From a virus (lineage: Duplodnaviria; Caudoviricetes), in IMG/VR virus record IMGVR_UViG_3300020045_007296, positions 1 to 29,537 of that record: a DNA stretch of 29,537 bases. One strand, 5' to 3'. The notes below the pieces were generated by a model, which made no database searches, was not told the origin of the DNA, and was given only the letters and a program-made list of their open reading frames with translations. Made by a program: the position numbers and the translations under genes. Below are positions 1 to 6,982 of the stretch, piece by piece (the stretch's first letter is position 1; each line of letters starts with the position of its first letter).

Positions 1-317
1 TGGTCGCAATCAAGTGTATCCGTCTCATGGATAATCTCAGGCTCTATATTAGCCAGCAATTCGCCATAAAACGCATTTACCTTGTCAACACTATCCTTCC
101 ATATTTTATAATCCGTGCTATCTATTATCCGGATGGTCCCGGTTGTAACACATGGAAACTCTCCCCTAAATATTGGAAGCGCAATCAACGGCTTTTTATC
201 AATCGCCTTGTGTACCTGTTTGGTTGCCTTGCTGTCTGTGTAGCATCCGGAAAAAACGAACACTAACAGTGCCCCAAGTAAGACAGCTATTAGCATCGCA
301 AAATTTTTGTTTTTCAT
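1..317 (-). CDS. Lipoprotein, putative spanin-like lysis protein (3' end outside window)
   Basis: Not in the ORF track. Hand-translated from ATG at 317: MKNKNFAMLIAVLLGALLVFVFSG-CYTDSKATKQ..., open to the window edge. It has a lipobox-like FSG|C and lies directly after the holin-like gene. Confidence 0.65.
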   Translation of the reverse strand, partial: MKNKNFAMLIAVLLGALLVFVFSGCYTDSKATKQVHKAIDKKPLIALPIFRGEFPCVTTGTIRIIDSTDYKIWKDSVDKVNAFYGELLANIEPEIIHETDTLDCD

Positions 318-320
318 AAA

Positions 321-692
321 TTACTTTTTAGCAGGAAATTTATCTTTAACCATGTCCGAAACAAATTCCTGAATGATAATAAATATTGAAGCCAGCTTTT
401 TACTGATAAGGCCAATTAAGAACCCGGCCAATGCATTGTTTTCCGGATCAATCCATTTTTGAGAAAACCTGATTGACAGAATGATTAATAAAAAGCTACT
501 GACTAAGCCTTTTATCTCATCACTCAGGAAGTACGACCAACTAAATTTAATCGGGCTGCTTATGCTGTTTGGGTCCCGTTTGGTAGTACCTATGAGAAAC
601 ATTGTAAACGCCGTTAGGCAGGCAATAAAAAGTATTGCTGAAAACTGTACACCCGAAAGTGTACCGAGTAATATTGACCAAAATTCTTTCAT
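321..692 (-). CDS. Holin-like small membrane protein (~3 TM)
   Basis: Track ORF 321..749; the likely start is ATG 692 (MKEFWSILLG...), which avoids overlap with the upstream gene. Hydrophobic segments, charged C-terminus (KDKFPAKK), position before the lipoprotein. Confidence 0.6.
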   Translation of the reverse strand: MKEFWSILLGTLSGVQFSAILFIACLTAFTMFLIGTTKRDPNSISSPIKFSWSYFLSDEIKGLVSSFLLIILSIRFSQKWIDPENNALAGFLIGLISKKLASIFIIIQEFVSDMVKDKFPAKK

Positions 693-703
693 AATTTTAT
701 ATT

Positions 704-1132
704 TTAAACTGCTTTTAAATTGCTTTCTTTTTTGCCGTATATGAACCAAATGATTATCACTGCATCGGCAACTGCATTGAAAAAATATGTTTCTATTGTT
801 GCGGTATAGTTACAGATGAACGAAAGGAAATCCATAATATGATATTCAACTCCCAGCGCACAAATGAAAAACCAAAACCGGGAATACCTTTTTAAAACCA
901 TTGCCAGCACAAGCCAAACAATTATCCATAAATTCAGGTCAAATAAATTCTTAAACCACCAGGCAATCGTTATTTTTTCGTGACAAGAAGGAAACAGGAA
1001 AAGGTTAACGTAAGTGGTTAAGGCCGGTGGCCATAAAGTCCACATGATGGACGGCACTAATGTAAGTGCATAAGCTAACGCAATTACGCCAGCCAGTATC
1101 CTGTCTCTTCTATCAAATTTTATTTCCCACAT
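704..1132 (-). CDS. Multi-pass (4-5 TM) membrane protein of unknown function
   Basis: 142 aa, Trp/Phe-rich hydrophobic helices. Its ATG immediately follows the TAA of the polyproline peptide ORF (TAAATG). Confidence 0.75.
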   Translation of the reverse strand: MWEIKFDRRDRILAGVIALAYALTLVPSIMWTLWPPALTTYVNLFLFPSCHEKITIAWWFKNLFDLNLWIIVWLVLAMVLKRYSRFWFFICALGVEYHIMDFLSFICNYTATIETYFFNAVADAVIIIWFIYGKKESNLKAV

Positions 1133-1252
1133 TTAAACACCTCTTGGTTTAATAGGAGGGTTTACCGGCGGAATTGGTGATTCTTCCTCCGGTGATGTTG
1201 TTGGAGGTGGTGGTGGATCATCAACCAGTTTTACTTTTTTTTCTTTTGCCAT
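1133..1252 (-). CDS. 39-aa proline-rich peptide MAKEKKVKLVDDPPPPPTTSPEEESPIPPVNPPIKPRGV
   Basis: Hand-translated, below the track cutoff. A-rich context (TTTAAAT-ATG), ATG GCA AAA GAA start, and the stop abuts the next ATG. Confidence 0.65.
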   Translation of the reverse strand: MAKEKKVKLVDDPPPPPTTSPEEESPIPPVNPPIKPRGV

Positions 1253-1394
1253 ATTTAAATTTTAATATTTTACAGCGTTTAAAAACCGTTTTATAATTCT
1301 GGGCAATCTTAAAAAGCGCATATAGTGATAGCCCGAAAATTAGCGACCGTAAAGCCTTTATTGCTACGGTCATTGCATAGGTAATAAGATCCAT
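1221..1394 (-). CDS. 57-aa single-TM protein with basic tail
   Basis: Hand-translated: MDLITYAMTVAIKALRSLIFGLSLYALFKIAQNYKTVFKRCKILKFKYGKRKKSKTG. The ATG directly follows the TGA of the PAS gene, and the ORF fills the gap. Confidence 0.5.
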   Translation of the reverse strand: MDLITYAMTVAIKALRSLIFGLSLYALFKIAQNYKTVFKRCKILKFKYGKRKKSKTG

Positions 1395-1931
1395 TCATAA
1401 TTTCTTTTTGTCGAATATTTGCCCTATAATTTCAATCACTTCGCCCTTTTCATTTCTTATTGGCTCCATCCTGCACACTGCGTCTACTATTACCCCGGTT
1501 ATAATATGCTTAATCCTAATGTCTTTATTGTAGCTGGCAGGATGCTTAATCGCTTCTTCTACAATCTTTTCTATCCGTACCGCATCCTCATCCGGGATAG
1601 CCACCATGAACCGCATTCCCAATACACTTTGCAGATCGTTAAAGCCTGTCATTTCAAAGAAAGCCGGGTTTACAATATTGAATTCCATCTTTTCATTAAG
1701 CCTGAAAATAGGGTTCTTGTAAACTCTCAATACCGCATGTTGTACATTTTCAGATATTACAGCCTTAGATTTAAGCTCATCAATTTCTTTTTTTTGCTTT
1801 TCGTATTCCGCTGGCATATTGTACATTTTCTTTGCCCATTCAAAAGCTGGTTTTCTGTACTTTACTACAATCCACCCAACAACACCGGAAATTGCCCCCT
1901 TTGGTATAATGGTAGACCAATCAATAGCCAT
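1395..1931 (-). CDS. Membrane-anchored PAS-domain protein without output domain
   Basis: N-terminal hydrophobic segment (IIPKGAISGVVGWIVV), short coiled coil, then PAS core IFRLNEKMEFNIVNPAFFEMTGF...VLG...IPDED and PAC-like end PIRNEKGEVIEIIGQIFD. Confidence 0.85.
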   Translation of the reverse strand: MAIDWSTIIPKGAISGVVGWIVVKYRKPAFEWAKKMYNMPAEYEKQKKEIDELKSKAVISENVQHAVLRVYKNPIFRLNEKMEFNIVNPAFFEMTGFNDLQSVLGMRFMVAIPDEDAVRIEKIVEEAIKHPASYNKDIRIKHIITGVIVDAVCRMEPIRNEKGEVIEIIGQIFDKKKL

Positions 1932-2130
1932 ATATTAACTCTTTAAGCCATGATTGGAAAGCCTTTGTCCACTCTGCCACCTTGTTTGATAATAACCCGG
2001 CTATTACTGTTGTGATTATTGCCACAAAAGGAAACGCCCACGGGTTAAACATCCAGTCAGGAACGTTAAAAAAAACGGTACTGATAAATGAGACGGCTGC
2101 TGTTCCTGCGCTTATATCCGAAAAACTCAT
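1921..2130 (-). CDS. Small 2-TM membrane protein (holin/antiholin-like)
   Basis: 69 aa, two hydrophobic stretches, overlaps both neighbours, lysis-region position. Confidence 0.55.
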   Translation of the reverse strand: MSFSDISAGTAAVSFISTVFFNVPDWMFNPWAFPFVAIITTVIAGLLSNKVAEWTKAFQSWLKELIYGY

Positions 2131-2353
2131 CTTTCTTTTTTTTTAAATCTTTAATAAATTGGTTTATAAAATCTACCACCCCGTTACCAATACCGAAAAA
2201 TACCCCATTTGAAAAGTAGGCCATGTTATAAAGTAGCATTGCTTTCACAATATCAATCGGCTCCATGTCTTTGAAATCAACTTTAAAAGCAGACATGAAT
2301 ATTCCAAGCGCCAGGCAAATGAAAAATTTCCGTATGGTTTTATCTTTTGTCAA
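2066..2353 (-). CDS. Small membrane protein (holin-like)
   Basis: 95 aa, TTG start directly after the upstream TAA, ~2 hydrophobic segments and a Lys-rich C-terminal part. Confidence 0.55.
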   Translation of the reverse strand: MTKDKTIRKFFICLALGIFMSAFKVDFKDMEPIDIVKAMLLYNMAYFSNGVFFGIGNGVVDFINQFIKDLKKKKDEFFGYKRRNSSRLIYQYRFF

Positions 2354-4384
2354 TTAAGGAATTATTTTATACCCAAATATTTTATGTGTTTGGCCTACAC
2401 TAATAGTTCCATTTGCATAAAAAAGCATTGATGAAAAAGCGGGTATGTAGGTGCTGTTATTTCTAACGTTCCCGAGTGCATCTTTTTTACTGTACCCGCT
2501 AAAACTATACAATGCCGGCGCTGCTGTTGTATTACTCTGGAATGTGTGCGCCTCAGTACTCAGGTTAACACTGATTGCTTCCTTCGCACTGAATGCCTTA
2601 AAGGTTGTAAGGTCCATCGGTACGCCGTCAATAAATGTTCCACCGGCTGTTGCGTGATACCAATAATGAAATGGTTTTGTTGCATCTGTTCGGTAATAAT
2701 TAGAATCCAGATGGTTAAATATTGCCCGGAAATCAGTTTGGATATCCACCGTTACAGGGTCATTCAGTGAGCCGTTCCAGTAAAATATATTGTTGATTGT
2801 GCCGTAAACGATATTGTGCGTGATCGTATCATTTCGCATTAAAGGAGCACCGGGGAAACGCTGTAATTTAAACCCGCTGGCTGCATTATATATAACGTTT
2901 CCGCTAAACCTGCAGTTTGATATTTCATTTGCGAAAACCCCGCCGCCGGGAATGTTTACGATTGTATTATTTATTGCCTTTATATACTTACTTGCCCCAT
3001 CCCAATACAGCCCATGACAACTACCTTCATCTGCTGCATGGGCTGGCACACCGTAACCGGTGTTTATTCCGTCCGTTACTATATTACCGTCAACAAGGCG
3101 GTTTGTTTTTGTCACGTCTGCATAAGAATAAATACCCCCGCAATCCCCTTTTATCATCCCAAACTTTGTAACCCAATTATTTTTTATCAGTATATCATTC
3201 CCGTTGAATTTGATCCCATTGAAAGCTACTGAATCCACCCGGTTACCCTGAACTGTTGCCCCGTAATCGCTTCCTACTGAAATAGCATTATCCATATCAT
3301 CTGATGACCGTCCCATGCCTGCAAATAAGCCGATTTTGCTGACTGTGTTATTGAGTATAGTAGTGGTGCCGGTATTCATGTTTAACGCACTGATTCCGTC
3401 TGAAAGTGAGTTTGTGACTAAATTATTTTCAACCAAAAGGTTTGATATGAACCAAAAAAAGGAAGTTCGTTTATTATTATTCAGTTCGCAATTCTTCAGT
3501 GTTATATTGCTCCCGTCCTGGCTCCAAATTGCTACCTGGTTAGCGCCTTCAATCTTTACATTTTGGATGGTAATCCCACTTCGCGCTGTGTAACCGGTTC
3601 CGCCGCCTCCCAGCATGACCGGGTAATTAAGATTTGAATACTGGATAACTTTCGTGTTTGGATTTACTGCTCCAAAGTAAATAGATAGTCTTTTTGTAGC
3701 CTTATCAATAAACCATTCCCCGTATTGATCGAGTGTGCGAATGTCATCCTGAATAAAGTAACCATAATTTACGTTCCCAAGGTGGGGGGATGGGTTATCG
3801 TAAATGATTGTATTACCTGAGTGTGAAGTAATGCGGCCTGTATCAATTACCCAATCCCATTTGCGAATTACAACCTGGGCCCCGGTCCAGTTTGGGGTTC
3901 CTGAAAGCTGATTGTCTGTTATGGAAGGAGTTGCGGCGGTTGATTCATAAGTCCGATAACCGCCGTTTGCGCTGTCTACGTTTGGCGTCCGGCCAATTCT
4001 TTGCAATTCACCGTCGATCGTTACAATTTGCAACTGGCCAACGGCTTCTGCTGCATCTGCATACCATATTCCACCCCCGGCATTTGTCCATCCTGTTAGT
4101 GTTTTTAACCCTGAAATTGTTGGCAGATTTCCGGTGCTATAAGCATCAATGCCTATGTCGTTCCTGTTAGGGATAAACGCCTCATTCCACACCTCCCCAC
4201 GTTTTAAATAAATGGTATGGGTGCCTACCGGATAGCTAAAAGTATTCGCTTTATTGATTGTTTTCCATGCTGCACCGGTTGAAGTGCCTGCGTTGCCATC
4301 ATTGCCACCGGTAAAGTCCACGTAGTAGTCTGTCGCCCCGGATGTGGATGAAATCAAAAGTAATATGGTGAGTAGCTTTATCAT
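2354..4384 (-). CDS. Secreted right-handed parallel beta-helix (pectin-lyase-like) protein, putative depolymerase/tailspike
   Basis: Signal peptide MIKLLTILLLISSTSGA|T, N-terminal YYVD..GNDGNAGTS..AWKTI motif, repeated Asn-ladder strands (ITIQNVKI, LVENNLV, TVQGNRV, IKNNWV, VDGNIV). Confidence 0.8.
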   Translation of the reverse strand: MIKLLTILLLISSTSGATDYYVDFTGGNDGNAGTSTGAAWKTINKANTFSYPVGTHTIYLKRGEVWNEAFIPNRNDIGIDAYSTGNLPTISGLKTLTGWTNAGGGIWYADAAEAVGQLQIVTIDGELQRIGRTPNVDSANGGYRTYESTAATPSITDNQLSGTPNWTGAQVVIRKWDWVIDTGRITSHSGNTIIYDNPSPHLGNVNYGYFIQDDIRTLDQYGEWFIDKATKRLSIYFGAVNPNTKVIQYSNLNYPVMLGGGGTGYTARSGITIQNVKIEGANQVAIWSQDGSNITLKNCELNNNKRTSFFWFISNLLVENNLVTNSLSDGISALNMNTGTTTILNNTVSKIGLFAGMGRSSDDMDNAISVGSDYGATVQGNRVDSVAFNGIKFNGNDILIKNNWVTKFGMIKGDCGGIYSYADVTKTNRLVDGNIVTDGINTGYGVPAHAADEGSCHGLYWDGASKYIKAINNTIVNIPGGGVFANEISNCRFSGNVIYNAASGFKLQRFPGAPLMRNDTITHNIVYGTINNIFYWNGSLNDPVTVDIQTDFRAIFNHLDSNYYRTDATKPFHYWYHATAGGTFIDGVPMDLTTFKAFSAKEAISVNLSTEAHTFQSNTTAAPALYSFSGYSKKDALGNVRNNSTYIPAFSSMLFYANGTISVGQTHKIFGYKIIP

Positions 4385-4689
4385 TTGATTAAAAAAGTTG
4401 AATCATTTACTTTAGTTATGTTTCCTTGCAGGTAAGAAACTTTCTGATTGCTCTTTACAAGAGACGGGATGCTTTCTCTTAATACCCGGATCGAATCACT
4501 TAATTGCTCAATCTTTTTATCCTTCTCTGCGTACAATACAACCAGCGTCACCATGGCCGTATTTATCTGAGAAATACTTGTCTGCATTGCGGTGTTCTTT
4601 GCCTTTAAATCTGCAATTTGTTGGGCGGTTGTTTGAGCTCCGCAATTGAATACAGCCAGTAAAAAAATGATAATTAAAATGTTTTTCAT
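4381..4689 (-). CDS. Small secreted coiled-coil protein
   Basis: Signal peptide MKNILIIIFLLAVFNCGA|Q, heptad-like QQIADLKAKNTAMQTSISQIN, ATGA overlaps with neighbours. Confidence 0.7.
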   Translation of the reverse strand: MKNILIIIFLLAVFNCGAQTTAQQIADLKAKNTAMQTSISQINTAMVTLVVLYAEKDKKIEQLSDSIRVLRESIPSLVKSNQKVSYLQGNITKVNDSTFLIK

Positions 4690-5105
4690 TGTATGTAAGT
4701 TTTAAACCCAAATGAGGCCCATGATATTTTGCAAAAATTAGCCGCAATAAATAACCTTCCATCGTTCAACCTGGTTCCGGCCTCAATCCGAAAAGCCGGG
4801 TGCCATTCTGTTATTTTTGCGATCTTATAATTATTTGCTTCATTGTAATCTGCTAAACTTTCAACCCGGTAATAGCCTACACCGATACTCGCTGTTAAAT
4901 GCTCATTGAGCGAATACCCGATTAATAAAGAACTTGTATTCGGCACGGTGGCACTCATTAAGGGCAAGCGATAATTAAACGTTACTTCGGCTTGTTTGGC
5001 CTTGTATCCAATTGCCCACCCGGCACCTTTTGTTGTGGCCTCCATTCCTAAGAATGCCTGGCCAAATGATGCGAACGGGAATAATATGAATACTAATAAT
5101 TTCAA
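4686..5105 (-). CDS. Small secreted beta-rich protein, possible outer-membrane beta-barrel
   Basis: Signal peptide MKLLVFILFPFASFG|Q, alternating amphipathic strands (LTASIGVGYY, FRIEAGTRL, LFIAANF), aromatic C-terminal strand SFGFKTYIQ. Confidence 0.6.
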   Translation of the reverse strand: MKLLVFILFPFASFGQAFLGMEATTKGAGWAIGYKAKQAEVTFNYRLPLMSATVPNTSSLLIGYSLNEHLTASIGVGYYRVESLADYNEANNYKIAKITEWHPAFRIEAGTRLNDGRLFIAANFCKISWASFGFKTYIQ

Positions 5106-5506
5106 TTCAATATTTTAAAGTAAATGAACAATGAAAGCGCAAAACAAAGCGCCTTAACTCCTACATGCTGCCAAAGTTTTAACCTTTGCAAAAAGTTATC
5201 AAACTTTGCATCGTCCTTGCCGTCCTCTGACCCGGTAAAGAACGGTTTTTCACGCCTGAGTAAGTTGTAAGCAATATCGAATACCGGCCACCAAAAACAA
5301 GCCATTGCAATAACTGACAACGGTAAAGCAAACACGAAATTGGCGGCTGAATTTTGAGCCGCCAAAATTGCAACAGGTACGCATACTATTCCCACAATAA
5401 TTATTTCAATCTTGTGATTTATTGCCACTTTCTTTTTCCATTGCCTTAAATCATACCACAACTTTGCAGCGAGTATGAGAAGAAATAAAATTGTTGCTAT
5501 TATCAT
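5102..5506 (-). CDS. Multi-TM membrane protein of unknown function
   Basis: 134 aa, about 4 hydrophobic segments, ATGA-coupled to the next gene. Confidence 0.7.
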   Translation of the reverse strand: MIIATILFLLILAAKLWYDLRQWKKKVAINHKIEIIIVGIVCVPVAILAAQNSAANFVFALPLSVIAMACFWWPVFDIAYNLLRREKPFFTGSEDGKDDAKFDNFLQRLKLWQHVGVKALCFALSLFIYFKILN

Positions 5507-5513
5507 ATTGTAA

Positions 5514-6980
5514 TTATTGCCAGTTTATTAAAAGTTGTACATCTCCTGCTACTACTGCTGTTGCATCTGTTACACCTGCTGCATTTGTGATTGCATAAGC
5601 TATACCAGTACCGAATGTTAACCCTACACCAAACGATAGCTCTTTACTTGAAGTTGCTGGTATAGCGATTACCAAAACCGGCACATCGGTTCCTACTGTT
5701 GGGGCACTTGCTTTGTTATAAATCCTAACATACTTTGTTGCTGCCGATGTATTCATTGCGCTTATTGAATATATCGTTCCGGCAGATGCCTTTGCAAATG
5801 CAGCATTGGTTGTTGCTGCACTGTTTACTGCGGTTGAGGTATTTCCATTAATATTTTTACCGGATAAATACGTAGGCCATGCACTGCCAATTGCTGCTGC
5901 TGTTCCCTGGTTAATAGTACCAGTTACTGTTGTAGCAGGAGTATTTAATACATTCACTCCTACTCCGTAATTTGCCCCGCTTTGTTCGCCACCTGCAATT
6001 AAAACTTTATTATTTGTAAATTCCTCTACAGAAAGAAACCCAATGGTAAAAGTTGTAGTGGTGGCCGGATTTGTTGTGCCGTTTAACACTCGTATAAAAA
6101 GGAATAAATTTTCATCTGCATCTGGTATGTTCTCTATTCTACTTCCTCTTGCAGTGAACTGCACTGCTGCGTTTGTTGCAACAAGAGCATCTGAATAACC
6201 AACCATGCTACCATCTGAAACAGTTTGCACCACATGGCCGGGTGATGCAGACGTGACAGTTGTTATTGTGGCGTCACCTGATGCCCATCCTTTCCTTTGT
6301 GCATCCACTAAAGCAGATGTAGCGGTTGTTCCTGTGTAAAGAACTCTGTGATAATTCCACCCCCAAATTGTTAAAGTTCCCGACCCTGACGCTGGCCATC
6401 CTGCTACGGTATAAGTAACTGTTTGTCCTGCTACACTTGCTATAGCAAATCTTCCGGGAATGCCTGATGCTCCTGCTATTACAGATAGGTACATAAACTG
6501 CCCAACGTTGGCAGATGTAAACGGATTGTTGGTAAAAGTAACGGTTACACTTGTTGCAGAGTTTATTGTATAAGATAACCCTTCCCCAATTAAATCAGCC
6601 AATTCATAACTAAAATTATTATTAGCTATACGCTGTGATAAAGTTGTTTTAAATCTTGCCGTAAATGCTCCGCTAAATGATTTTACACTTTTAAAAATAG
6701 TCTCACTATTTGCAGACGCCCCGGTTGTAACTATTAAATTACCTGATGCTTGTGATACTGCCATTCCACTACCTGTTTGCAAGGTGGTCATGAGCGGTGC
6801 AATTAACCCTGAACCTACCTCGCTAAAGCTACAACGCCATAGTGTTGCTGGGGCTTGCCTTACAATTTGCCCTTTAGCATTTACAGAAGGGTTTGTTGTA
6901 GATAAATTTGTACCATTATAAACTTGCGCTTGTGTTAAAAACGAAAGGCTAATTAGTATTACTGTTATTACTGTTTTCAT
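5514..6980 (-). CDS. Secreted Thr/Ala/Gly-rich beta-sandwich protein, putative virion appendage
   Basis: Likely start ATG 6980, 2 nt after the upstream stop: MKTVITVILISLSFLTQA|Q. Beta-strand-rich; the C-terminal module (..KASAGTIYSISAMNTSAATKYVRIYNKASAPTVG..) resembles modules of phage structural proteins. Confidence 0.7.
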   Translation of the reverse strand: MKTVITVILISLSFLTQAQVYNGTNLSTTNPSVNAKGQIVRQAPATLWRCSFSEVGSGLIAPLMTTLQTGSGMAVSQASGNLIVTTGASANSETIFKSVKSFSGAFTARFKTTLSQRIANNNFSYELADLIGEGLSYTINSATSVTVTFTNNPFTSANVGQFMYLSVIAGASGIPGRFAIASVAGQTVTYTVAGWPASGSGTLTIWGWNYHRVLYTGTTATSALVDAQRKGWASGDATITTVTSASPGHVVQTVSDGSMVGYSDALVATNAAVQFTARGSRIENIPDADENLFLFIRVLNGTTNPATTTTFTIGFLSVEEFTNNKVLIAGGEQSGANYGVGVNVLNTPATTVTGTINQGTAAAIGSAWPTYLSGKNINGNTSTAVNSAATTNAAFAKASAGTIYSISAMNTSAATKYVRIYNKASAPTVGTDVPVLVIAIPATSSKELSFGVGLTFGTGIAYAITNAAGVTDATAVVAGDVQLLINWQ

Positions 6981-6982
6981 AT

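Noticed and set aside
693-749. Track N-terminal extensions for 321..749, 5514..7001 and 22539..22982
   Set aside because: Internal ATGs (692, 6980, 22943) remove overlaps and expose proper TM or signal-peptide N-termini.
1419-1946. 175-aa plus-strand ORF
   Set aside because: It is an antisense shadow of the PAS gene with atypical Phe/Tyr-rich composition.
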